Shown: positions 48,295 through 57,127 of the stretch, in pieces | Layout: each line of letters starts with the position of its first letter | Numbering within the stretch: position 1 is the stretch's first letter | Origin: a candidate division WOR-3 bacterium | GTDB taxonomy: Bacteria; Hydrothermota; Tepidihabitantia; Tepidihabitantales; Tepidihabitantaceae | DNA: 64,000 bases | Direction: 5' to 3' | NCBI GenBank assembly: GCA_965649295.1 | Contig: CBFGKH010000003.1 | Span: 96,001 to 160,000 of the forward strand | The notes under the pieces: model-generated | What the model was told of the DNA's origin: nothing | Database searches by the model: none | The model's input: the letters and a program-made list of their open reading frames with translations, nothing else | Made by a program: the position numbers and the translations under genes

Positions 48295-50467
48295 CCCTGG
48301 AATCGTTCTAAGAGCAGGGGCGCGGTTCGCCGCGCCCCTGCTCTCTCTCAATCAGTCTCATCGTTGCACGTTACCTTTATTCATCATCGGTGCTCTGTTG
48401 AGCTGCTTTCCGCCACCAGCGGCCGCTGCCAAATGGACAGTTGGCATCTACATGGCTGCCGACAATAGCTTAGCTAGCCAGTCGGCAACTGACCTCGATG
48501 AAATGATGCAAGTTGGGTCAACCGCAGATGTCAATGTGGTGGTTCAGATTGACCGACCAGCCTTCGACACGCTGCCCGGGTGTCGAAGGCTGCTTATCGA
48601 GTCAGGTCGGCTGCGGACGCTAGGTGTGCTTGGCGCCGTCGATATGGCCGCACCCCAGACTCTGGGCGACTTTGCCACTTTTCTTGCTAGAAACTTCCCG
48701 GCGCAGAACTATGCGCTTGTGATCTGGGACCACGGCAACGGCTGGACATTCGACTCCGCCTCGCACCCGAAACACCGTTCGGTCATCATTGACCTATCCA
48801 GCAGCCAGACCCTAAGTGTAGCTGAGGGTGAACTGGCCGCGGCATTGCGTCTGTGCCGGAGTGCACTTGGCCGGCGCATCCGGGTACTCGGCTTCGATGC
48901 TTGTCTTATGATGATGGTGGAGGTAGCAGTTGAGGCCATGGATTACTGCGACTTTCTCGTTGCTGCCGAGGGTCTGGCACCGCTAGGGGGTTGGAACTAT
49001 GCCGAACTCATCCGTTCCCTCACGGCCCATGCTGCCAGTTCCGATCCCTCGCCGTGGTTGTCCGAACTCTGTGCCAGCTATGTCGCTCAGTATCCGCACG
49101 AGGACGTGACACTCGCAGCTATCAACCTCAGGCAGCTTGCTTCTCTGCTCAATCGAATGGCTGTGACGGTAGCCGGTCTCGGTCCGGACTCAGTCGTGCG
49201 CCAGGCACGACTGTTGGCGCAGTCTTTCCCTGACTCGCCACGTTCACCCAGTCCTCTTGATGAACAGCTCGACCTGATCCATTTCCTTCATCTTGCCCAA
49301 CAGCCATTAGCCGTCGCGCTCGAATCCTGTGTGGTCGCCTGCGCCACTGCCGGCCGACTGAGCCAGGCCCACGGCCTTGCCTGCTGGTTTCCGCTCCGCT
49401 ACCTCACGCTGAAATACAACTACCAGTCCTACCGCGGACTCGGCTTCAGCAAACAGGTACCCTGGCTTCAGTTTGTGAATCGTTTCCTCGGCCGGGACGA
49501 TATCGCCCCGACGACTCCACAACTCAGCCTTGCCAGCCGCGGTTCCAACCGGGTCTCATTGCACTGGACTGGCTCCTTTGACCTGGCGCCGGTTTCCTAC
49601 CGGGTATTGCAGTGCAACACCCAGACTCTGCTGCGGAACGATCCCTGCGAGTCGCTTGCCGACTGGCGAGCCACTGGCTGGAGTCTGTCCGGTACTAACC
49701 CTCGTTCGGGCAACTACTGTTTTGCCTCCGGGTCCGGTCCAAACCGTAATGACACCCTCGAATTGACTTGGTCTGACCATCCAGCTCATCTCGCTCAATT
49801 CTGGACAAGATTCCACACCCTCGAAACCGAGGACTCCACCGGCATCACACGTGACATCTGTCTATTCGAATGTCTCGGTGATCATGGGTGGCAGCCAGTT
49901 GACTCCCTATTCGGCCGCCAGGACTCCTGGCTTTGCTGTCGCTATCTCCTGCCTGGCGTCTTGGGCATCCGATTCGCCTACCGAACCCGATCAGCAGTCG
50001 GCAGCAGCAACATTCGCATTGACGACCTCAGCCTTTACTCGCTGCCCGGCCTTGTCCCAGCAACACCCATCCAGACCGACACCTTTGCCCTGCTTGATGG
50101 CCTAGAACGAAACCCGAACGGCTACTTCTTCTACGTAACCGCATCGGACAGCTTCGGTAACAGGGCCATGCTTAGCGAGCCCAAACAGAGCAGGCCGGTT
50201 CTTGACTACGCTCCCCCCTACACCATACCTGCTCCGTTTAGAGACTCTTGTCTCATCTTCGTTGACAGTCCGACCGGCCAGTTCGAGCTGACCATCTTCA
50301 CGGTCTCAGGCAATCGCGTTCGCCACTATCCCAAAGCATCCTCGCCGATACACTGGGACGGCAAGAACGAAAACGGGCAGCCAGTAGCCGATGGTATCTA
50401 CCTTGTCACAGCTGCTGGCCCAGGATTTCGGACCATCGGTCCAATCGCCCAAGTCAAACGCAATTAG
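48284..50467 (+). CDS. Clostripain-family (C11) cysteine peptidase with FlgD/T9SS-type C-terminal domain; start uncertain
   Basis: KWTVGIYMAADNSL, WDHGNGW (His), GFDACLM (Cys), C-terminal WDGKNENG..VADGIY. Confidence 0.88.
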   Translation: MVSSPGIVLRAGARFAAPLLSLNQSHRCTLPLFIIGALLSCFPPPAAAAKWTVGIYMAADNSLASQSATDLDEMMQVGSTADVNVVVQIDRPAFDTLPGCRRLLIESGRLRTLGVLGAVDMAAPQTLGDFATFLARNFPAQNYALVIWDHGNGWTFDSASHPKHRSVIIDLSSSQTLSVAEGELAAALRLCRSALGRRIRVLGFDACLMMMVEVAVEAMDYCDFLVAAEGLAPLGGWNYAELIRSLTAHAASSDPSPWLSELCASYVAQYPHEDVTLAAINLRQLASLLNRMAVTVAGLGPDSVVRQARLLAQSFPDSPRSPSPLDEQLDLIHFLHLAQQPLAVALESCVVACATAGRLSQAHGLACWFPLRYLTLKYNYQSYRGLGFSKQVPWLQFVNRFLGRDDIAPTTPQLSLASRGSNRVSLHWTGSFDLAPVSYRVLQCNTQTLLRNDPCESLADWRATGWSLSGTNPRSGNYCFASGSGPNRNDTLELTWSDHPAHLAQFWTRFHTLETEDSTGITRDICLFECLGDHGWQPVDSLFGRQDSWLCCRYLLPGVLGIRFAYRTRSAVGSSNIRIDDLSLYSLPGLVPATPIQTDTFALLDGLERNPNGYFFYVTASDSFGNRAMLSEPKQSRPVLDYAPPYTIPAPFRDSCLIFVDSPTGQFELTIFTVSGNRVRHYPKASSPIHWDGKNENGQPVADGIYLVTAAGPGFRTIGPIAQVKRN
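48311..48344 (+). terminator. 15-bp hairpin after porV-like gene
   Basis: AGAGCAGGGGCGCGG-TTCG-CCGCGCCCCTGCTCT. Confidence 0.75.
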
Positions 50468-50712
50468 CCTGGTTCTTCAAGAAGCTGGCAGCACTCGCTA
50501 GCTGACGAACCGACTGCTGTCGGCAAGAGGTCTTTGCTAACCGCCGACAAGAGGATTGAACCAGAAACTGCCTAGTGGTCTTTGCCGTAAAGGGCTGACA
50601 GTCTGACCGCAGCAGTCAGATTGACAATCGCAGTTCCCAACCGTTGCGTCCTTGGTATAGCGGCTGACTATCGACCATTGCGCACCGGGCCGACTGGGCA
50701 TCTCTGGCCACC

Positions 50713-50740
50713 TTGACAAATACTGCAATAATACTATATT
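50713..50740 (+). promoter_or_regulatory. Sigma70-like promoter
   Basis: TTGACA-N16-TATATT; RBS AAGGAGG at 50760. Confidence 0.65.
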
Positions 50741-50770
50741 CGCTGCGCCGCAACGCGGCAAGGAGGTAGT

Positions 50771-52414
50771 ATGCGCCAAGGCATCATACTTGTAGCACTA
50801 TACGGGCTGGCTGTAGCTTTCGTCCCCAGCTCGTTTCGACTCCAGTCAACTGCTGGTGTCTGGCCAGACGATTACGACCTGCTTTTTGAACCAGCCCGCA
50901 TTCCACTAATTGAAGGAAACCGAGTGTACAGCGGGCTTTCGAATCTCGTGACTGGTAGCGAGGAGCACTTCGGCGCAGCCAAGAGCAACTTCTTCTTCAT
51001 CGGCGGCTCCACCAACCTGACCGGCCCCTTCTATCCTGGGCTTATCTTCGACCGCTGGACCACAAGGACACCGCTATTCACTGGGCTGGTCTCTGAAGGC
51101 GACTCGCTCTTCGGCGAAGGCGAACTCATCAATCAACAGTTGTTCGACCGTGACACCAACGGCACCTACGACTACCAGATTCTTGAGACCGAATCAGCGC
51201 GGGCCCAAGAGGAGCAGACCGAGTCCGATTACCACCTGGCAGTCGGATTCCGTACCGGCGAGCTACGTCTCGGTGCAGCCTTTACCCGCCGCGACCTAAT
51301 CTCAGCCATGACTGCGCCGTGGTGCAACTACCGCTATCAGCGCCGCGATTCCAATTTCGTCGCCAACCGGCTCGTCTTTACCGAACTGGACACAGCGGTC
51401 GGTCGCGACGAGTTCAGCCAATCACTCAACCGTTTCACCCTCAATGGCTGGTACGACCTCGCCACTGTTCGTCTTGGTCTCCTCGGCTCATTCACCCTGA
51501 TGAGCCAGCAATCTTCGCTCAGAATCGATGCTCAAGACTGGATCAATCGTAGCCCGTCCGACCCCACCATCATCGACTACGCAAGAGAATCATACCAGTA
51601 CCGCTCTGAGCGACCTGCTGCTGGCAACCGGGTCGACGGGATGCTATCAGTCTTCTATCTTCCGACCGAGATTGTCGAAAACCGGTTCATGCTCATTGCC
51701 AGCACCCAAAGCCTCAAACTCGCCGCTGATGCTGGCGGGCTCGACCTGGCCCACGCTGACAGCGTGCGTTACCCCGGTCGCGACTCAACTGCTGACACGG
51801 TTCGCTTTCGCTATGCCGGTAACTATCAGTCAAACAGCCTCGAACTGCGCACCCGACACATGTTCCAAGTCAGCGACCGGTTCCGAGTGGGGTTTGGCTT
51901 GGGCTTTACTGTGGCCACAACCGAGGACTCACTGGTTGATTCGACCGCAAGTCGGACCTATTTCAGCCACAACAACGGTGACACAATTGCCGGCCGGGAA
52001 GACTACCGTCGCGTCCAGACCTCGTCAGCAATGTGGCAGCACCGCGTCACCCGCAGCGACAACATTCTTTCCGCTCCAATCGGGCTTGAGTTCAATATCA
52101 TCGAACCGCTTGTCCTTCGACTCGGGGTTGATTCACGCATCAACTGGCACAGCCAGACCAGTACTAAACAACTGCTTGCCATTTCGCCAACATTAACCCG
52201 CACCGATTATGGTGACGGCACCTTCACTGAAACCCTCGGCCCAGCCCCGACCCAGCCCGGCACCAGTGAGACCGTGAACTCAACCACCTATTCAAACACC
52301 TTTACCTATGGCTTGGGTTACACTCCGGTCCCGAACTTGCAGATTGATGTTATGGGCTTTGCTCGACTGACCGACTTGACCAACTGGCGGCTCTCGGTCA
52401 CCTTGAAGTTCTAA
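50771..52414 (+). CDS. Hypothetical outer-membrane beta-barrel protein
   Basis: RBS, signal peptide, amphipathic strands, ends WRLSVTLKF. Confidence 0.78.
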   Translation: MRQGIILVALYGLAVAFVPSSFRLQSTAGVWPDDYDLLFEPARIPLIEGNRVYSGLSNLVTGSEEHFGAAKSNFFFIGGSTNLTGPFYPGLIFDRWTTRTPLFTGLVSEGDSLFGEGELINQQLFDRDTNGTYDYQILETESARAQEEQTESDYHLAVGFRTGELRLGAAFTRRDLISAMTAPWCNYRYQRRDSNFVANRLVFTELDTAVGRDEFSQSLNRFTLNGWYDLATVRLGLLGSFTLMSQQSSLRIDAQDWINRSPSDPTIIDYARESYQYRSERPAAGNRVDGMLSVFYLPTEIVENRFMLIASTQSLKLAADAGGLDLAHADSVRYPGRDSTADTVRFRYAGNYQSNSLELRTRHMFQVSDRFRVGFGLGFTVATTEDSLVDSTASRTYFSHNNGDTIAGREDYRRVQTSSAMWQHRVTRSDNILSAPIGLEFNIIEPLVLRLGVDSRINWHSQTSTKQLLAISPTLTRTDYGDGTFTETLGPAPTQPGTSETVNSTTYSNTFTYGLGYTPVPNLQIDVMGFARLTDLTNWRLSVTLKF

Positions 52415-52423
52415 GGAGGAGAC

Positions 52424-53641
52424 ATGATCAATTACTCCCGACAGCTTGCTTTCGTCACCCTTGGGCTACTGCTTATTGCCGGCTGCAAGCAGGCCGAGAA
52501 TCAGTTGCATCTAGACTTGGGCCTGCCACTCGGCACCGGCGCCAGCAACCTGACATTTGTCGAGCAGGTGACTCCAAACAACGCCACCATGCTGGCCGAT
52601 GACAATCCTACCGTTACCGGTATCCAAGCGACCATCGTCGTCACCTTCTCTGACTTCATGGACAGATCGTCAGTTCTCTCTGCCGTCAGTGTCATCAACG
52701 CGACCACTGGCGAGCCGGTCCAGAACCTAGTGACTAGCTATAACGACGATGCTCGCAAGCTCTTCGTCCGTCATGAGGCTTGGACCAGCAACAGCTCCTA
52801 TCTCCTCTGTATCGCTACTGGCGGTGCACGCAATCGCTGGGGACGTCCGCTCGACGGCAACCGCAACGGCACTGCTGAACCCAGCCCCTACGATGACTAC
52901 TTCACTACCTTCTACACCACGGGCAGCACGCCAGATAGCTGCATCAATATCCAGCCGCCGCGCGTTACCGCCGTCGTGCCCGACACTGCCCGTATTACTG
53001 ACACGCTACCGCTGGTGAGAATCACCTTCTCCCGGCCAATGGACACGCTGACCCTCAAGCCGATCAACTTCCGTCTGCTCAGCAATACCGGGGCATCGGT
53101 TCAGCTCGACAGCGTGACGATTGTGCCAACCCAAGCGACCTTTCGCCCTCGGTCACCACTCCGCTTTGGCGATACTTATCGCTTGATACTGATTGACACT
53201 GCGATCCGGGCCCGCGGACTTCGCAACTCACCTACTCACCTCCTACGGCTTGACACCGATAACGACGGACCTGAGCCGGCTGAACCAGAGTGGAGCTCCT
53301 ACTTTCTCTGTGACACAGTTCCGTCACCAACCGTGACGGTCTCGCCAATTACTGGTGGGCGACGTTTTCAGTTCAGCGTTAGGATGGACACCGCCTCGCT
53401 CCTACCAAGCCGAATCAGGTTATTCGATAATCGCGGCTACGTGCCGGGAACTTTCAACTATCCATTTGGCTGCGCCGACGGTGTCCTTACACTTGACTAC
53501 TTCTACAGCCGGCCGGTAAGCGGCTCAGTGCGGGCCTTTGTCGCCAAAGAAGTCAGCTCGACCAAAGGACGGCTGCTTGACGGCCAGGCGCCCCCTAATG
53601 GTATCGGCGGTGAACCTTGGGACGACTACTGGTCACCGTAA
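52424..53641 (+). CDS. Lipoprotein with bacterial Ig-like (Big_5/SbsA-like) domains
   Basis: Lipobox IAGC; repeated TFS..MD..S/T; Ca-binding-like LDGNRNG and LDTDNDG. Confidence 0.8.
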   Translation: MINYSRQLAFVTLGLLLIAGCKQAENQLHLDLGLPLGTGASNLTFVEQVTPNNATMLADDNPTVTGIQATIVVTFSDFMDRSSVLSAVSVINATTGEPVQNLVTSYNDDARKLFVRHEAWTSNSSYLLCIATGGARNRWGRPLDGNRNGTAEPSPYDDYFTTFYTTGSTPDSCINIQPPRVTAVVPDTARITDTLPLVRITFSRPMDTLTLKPINFRLLSNTGASVQLDSVTIVPTQATFRPRSPLRFGDTYRLILIDTAIRARGLRNSPTHLLRLDTDNDGPEPAEPEWSSYFLCDTVPSPTVTVSPITGGRRFQFSVRMDTASLLPSRIRLFDNRGYVPGTFNYPFGCADGVLTLDYFYSRPVSGSVRAFVAKEVSSTKGRLLDGQAPPNGIGGEPWDDYWSP

Positions 53642-53658
53642 GCAAAGGTGACTCTCGA

Positions 53659-53692
53659 GGAACGGCGGGCAGGGTGACCTGCCCGCCGTTCC
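53659..53692. terminator. Hairpin between convergent genes
   Basis: GGAACGGCGGGCAGG-GTGA-CCTGCCCGCCGTTCC. Confidence 0.8.
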
Positions 53693-53708
53693 AACGCTGG
53701 CCAGAAGA

Positions 53709-54227
53709 CTACGCGTAGCGATCGTAGCAGACTATTTCCTCGATTGGTTTACGGGGACGCGGACTGGCTTCTCGTGCTGGATAGCCGATCGGCGTCAGCG
53801 CGATCGGCTTAACCCCAGAGGGAATACCAAGCACATTTTTCACGTCAGCTTCAACAAAAGCACCAATCCAGCACGTACCCAGACCTTCCGCCGTGGCCGC
53901 AAGAATCATGTGCTCCAAGGCGATGGCAAGGTCAACCGCCTCAGCCGACCAATATCCACCCATACCCTTCCAGACCTGTTCCTCGACTGCACAGCCGCAG
54001 ATAACAACTGGCGCCTCGGCGACGAACTTCTGGCCGCGACAGGCTGGTACAAGCGCAGCCCGCACTGCTGGGTCGCGAACAACGATGAACTTCCAGGGTT
54101 GATAGTTCTTGGCCGACGGTGCGAGGCGACCGGCCTCGATTATCCGATTGAGGACCTCGTCAGGAATCGGGTCCGGCTTGTAGGCCCTCACACTCAGCCG
54201 CCGCCGAACAACTTCATAGAACTCCAC
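53709..54227 (-). CDS. Nitroreductase family protein
   Basis: RRLSVRAY, APSAKNYQPWKF, EGLGTCWIGAF, IGYP, RK. Confidence 0.93.
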   Translation of the reverse strand: MEFYEVVRRRLSVRAYKPDPIPDEVLNRIIEAGRLAPSAKNYQPWKFIVVRDPAVRAALVPACRGQKFVAEAPVVICGCAVEEQVWKGMGGYWSAEAVDLAIALEHMILAATAEGLGTCWIGAFVEADVKNVLGIPSGVKPIALTPIGYPAREASPRPRKPIEEIVCYDRYA

Positions 54228-54270
54228 GCTTCACCTCCGGTCAACAGTGATTGCTGGCCTTGGGGGAAAA

Positions 54271-54344
54271 AGCGCCCGACGCGATTCGAACGCGTGGCCT
54301 GCAGATCCGGAGTCTGCCGCTCTATCCATCTGAGCTACGGGCGC
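54271..54344 (-). tRNA. tRNA-Arg (anticodon CCG)
   Basis: GCGCCCG acceptor stem, TAGCTCAGATGGATAGAGC D-arm, GCAGA-CTCCGGA-TCTGC anticodon arm, ACGCGTTCGAATCGCGT T-arm; CCA not encoded. Confidence 0.96.
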
Positions 54345-54853
54345 GTGGCCAAACTGTAACCAACGGGCATCAGCAAGTCAAGCTGCCGCAGCGCCCTCTC
54401 CAAGGCACCAGCAGGATCGTCTTGGGAAGAGTCAGCAGTGACCATCCATAGCCGAAGGCTAATCCGAAAACAGCGTCACCAGCCTATCGGCAGACGGTTC
54501 AGCTTGTATTGTGGGAAATCTGACCTCCAGCAGGCTAGGAGAAAGCATCGCCGACCGCGCTAGCAGCCCTCCGGGCAGGCCATCAGGGGGTGACTCCGGT
54601 AGTCACTCCCCCCGGCAGGTCCGAGAGCCTTGGCTACACGGCTATCGAATTGACGTGCAACAGCTTGTGCCAATACTCGTCCCAAACTCTCCCACTGAGA
54701 ACTGCTGGCAAGATGACTGGTGCAGCTACCCCTTCTGCGTGCCCATCGGAGACCAACACCTAATCCGACGCGGGTTTAGCTACCCCCAGTGCTCCCTTCG
54801 GGGAAGAGCAAAGACCAGCAACTTCAGTACCAGACCTGCTGCTACCCAAAGAC

Positions 54854-56233
54854 TTAGCCACCATCAAGCAAACTGGTTGTCATCTTCCCCTTCGTGAACG
54901 CCGGATTACGGAGCAGTGCTCGCAGAAAATCAACAGTTGTCTTGATTCCGCCAATGTGTGTCTCAGCCAGCGCCCGTTCCATCCTGGCAATCGCCGCCGC
55001 CCGGTTTTCGGCCCAGACTGTTATCTTGGCTACGAGCGGATCGTAGAACGGCGGCACAACCACTCGTGGTAGCAGGGCAGTATCAACCCGCACCCCTGGA
55101 CCGGCTGGCAGTTGCAGCTCGGTTACCGTGCCGGAGCAAGGCGCAAAGTCAGCCTCGGCATCCTCGGCGTAGATTCGGCACTCAATAGCGTGGCCTCGCG
55201 GCGTTGTCAGATCCTGACCAACATCAAGTTCATAGTTACCTGCGATTCTTAGCTGCTCCCGCACGATGTCTATGCCGGTAACCATCTCTGTTACCGGATG
55301 TTCAACCTGGAGCCGTGCATTCATCTCCATGAAGTAGCAGTTGCCCGATTCATCGCAGATGAACTCAACTGTTCCGGCACTCTCATATCCGGTTGACCGA
55401 GCTGCTGCCACGGCCCATTCTGCGAGCCGCATTCGCAGCTCCGCGGTCACACCGGGTGCCGGACTCTCTTCAATCAGTTTCTGATGGCGACGCTGTGCCG
55501 AGCAGTCACGCTCGCCCAAGAATAGTACATTGTCGTGCCGATCGGCAAGGAGTTGCACCTCGATATGTCGCGCTCGACTCAGGTATTTCTCGACATAGAC
55601 CCGTTCGTCATCGAACGTCCGCTTGGCTTCGGTCTGGCAGGCATGTAGTGCCGGTTCCAGTTCTGACTCATTGCGAACTATGCGCATTCCTTTACCCCCA
55701 CCGCCCGCTGCCGCCTTGATAATCACCGGCAGACCGACCTCAGCACAGACCTTGGGGGCAACCTGGGGGTCAGCGACTGGCTCATCAGCGCCGGGCACAA
55801 CCGGCACCCCGGCAGCCTTCATCTGCTTACGAGCCGCAATCTTGTCTCCAAGCAGACGCATCGTCTCCGGCCGCGGGCCAACAAATTCCATCCCGCAGTC
55901 ACGCACCGCCTCAGCAAAGTCGGCATTCTCTGCCAGAAACCCGTATCCAGGATGTACTGCTTCACTGTTGGTGACGGTTGCTGCTGCCAGAACACGAGCC
56001 GTGCTGAGATAACTCTGTCGGGCTGGTGGCGGCCCGATACAGACCGCCTCATCAGCAAGCAGTACCGGCAGGGAGAACCGATCGGCCTCGGAATAGACGA
56101 CGACACTGGCGATGCCAAGCTCGCGACACGAACGCAGTACGCGGAGCGCAATCTCACCGCGGTTGGCAATCATTAGTTTGCGTGGAAGCCGGGGCTTAGG
56201 AACGGTAGCAGCAGAATCACTTCTGGCGGTCAT
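54854..56233 (-). CDS. accC: Biotin carboxylase subunit
   Basis: IANRGEIA, HPGYGFLAEN, KAAAGGGGKGM, RHIEVQ, RDCS.QRRHQK, EMNARLQVEHPVTE, YDP. Confidence 0.93.
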   Translation of the reverse strand: MTARSDSAATVPKPRLPRKLMIANRGEIALRVLRSCRELGIASVVVYSEADRFSLPVLLADEAVCIGPPPARQSYLSTARVLAAATVTNSEAVHPGYGFLAENADFAEAVRDCGMEFVGPRPETMRLLGDKIAARKQMKAAGVPVVPGADEPVADPQVAPKVCAEVGLPVIIKAAAGGGGKGMRIVRNESELEPALHACQTEAKRTFDDERVYVEKYLSRARHIEVQLLADRHDNVLFLGERDCSAQRRHQKLIEESPAPGVTAELRMRLAEWAVAAARSTGYESAGTVEFICDESGNCYFMEMNARLQVEHPVTEMVTGIDIVREQLRIAGNYELDVGQDLTTPRGHAIECRIYAEDAEADFAPCSGTVTELQLPAGPGVRVDTALLPRVVVPPFYDPLVAKITVWAENRAAAIARMERALAETHIGGIKTTVDFLRALLRNPAFTKGKMTTSLLDGG

Positions 56234-56483
56234 GTCCGATACTCGTAGCTGACTTCGGTTCGCGAATCACCTTACACGCCCGAACCACCCCGGTCAACTC
56301 GATGCGTTGACTGTCGGCGCCGAACCAATACAATGACCTCTCATGCAGGAACCGACGCCATTTTCGGCTAGTCAACGGTGGGCCAGCTCCCAAGCTGAGC
56401 ATGATCGGCTATCTGCAATCTATGAACAACTCTCATAATTCGTCGCCGTCAGGAAATGGTAACCCAAACCCGGCTGGGCCAGA

Positions 56484-57057
56484 CATGACTTTTCCCGATC
56501 AGGGGTTTCTTCGGCTCTGCCAAACACGCTGTTCCGTCCGCCGTTTTGCCGAACGACCGGTACCAAGGAGTCTGATTGAGTACTGCGCAGAGGCCGCACG
56601 CCTCGCGCCATCTGCTGAGAACGCTCAACCCTGGCGATTCGTCGTTTTCGATGATGAGACAACCCGCAGCCAGGTTGCCAGAACCGTCTTTCGTGGCATC
56701 TACGCGCCGTCCGCCAAATTCGCCAAAGCTCCGGTCTTGGTCGCACTGCTAATCAAAGAAAACATCGTTACGAACCGCCTGGCTGGCGCAGTGCAAGGCA
56801 CACCGTTTCAACTTGTTGACGCTGGGATTGCTGGTGAGCACTTTGTTCTTGCTGCTGCCGAGCTAGGTCTGGGCACGTGCTGGATTGGCTGGTACGACGG
56901 ACGGGCGCTCAGCCGCTTTCTCGGCCTGAGTAAGGGAGGCTACCGCCCTGTCTGCCTCATTGCTCTTGGCTATCCAGCAGAAGACCAGCCCCCCCCGGCC
57001 AACCGACGCCGCCGACCGCTGCGAGACATACTGTTTTGGAACGGTCTGCCCAAGTAA
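56484..57057 (+). CDS. Nitroreductase family protein (start approximate)
   Basis: RCSVRRF, APSAENAQPWRF, ELGLGTCWIGW, LGYP. The track start is 56401; the start used here, at the MTFPDQG methionine, is approximate. Confidence 0.88.
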
Positions 57058-57127
57058 CAGCCGGTTCACTGTGGTCGGCGCTATCACCGCTTGACACGCT
57101 GATTTGCTGGGCAAGACTGTAACCTAA

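Noticed and set aside
56217..56402. Possible accB remnant upstream of accC
   Set aside because: No EAMKM biotinylation motif in the frames I read; the region holds promoter-like sequence instead.
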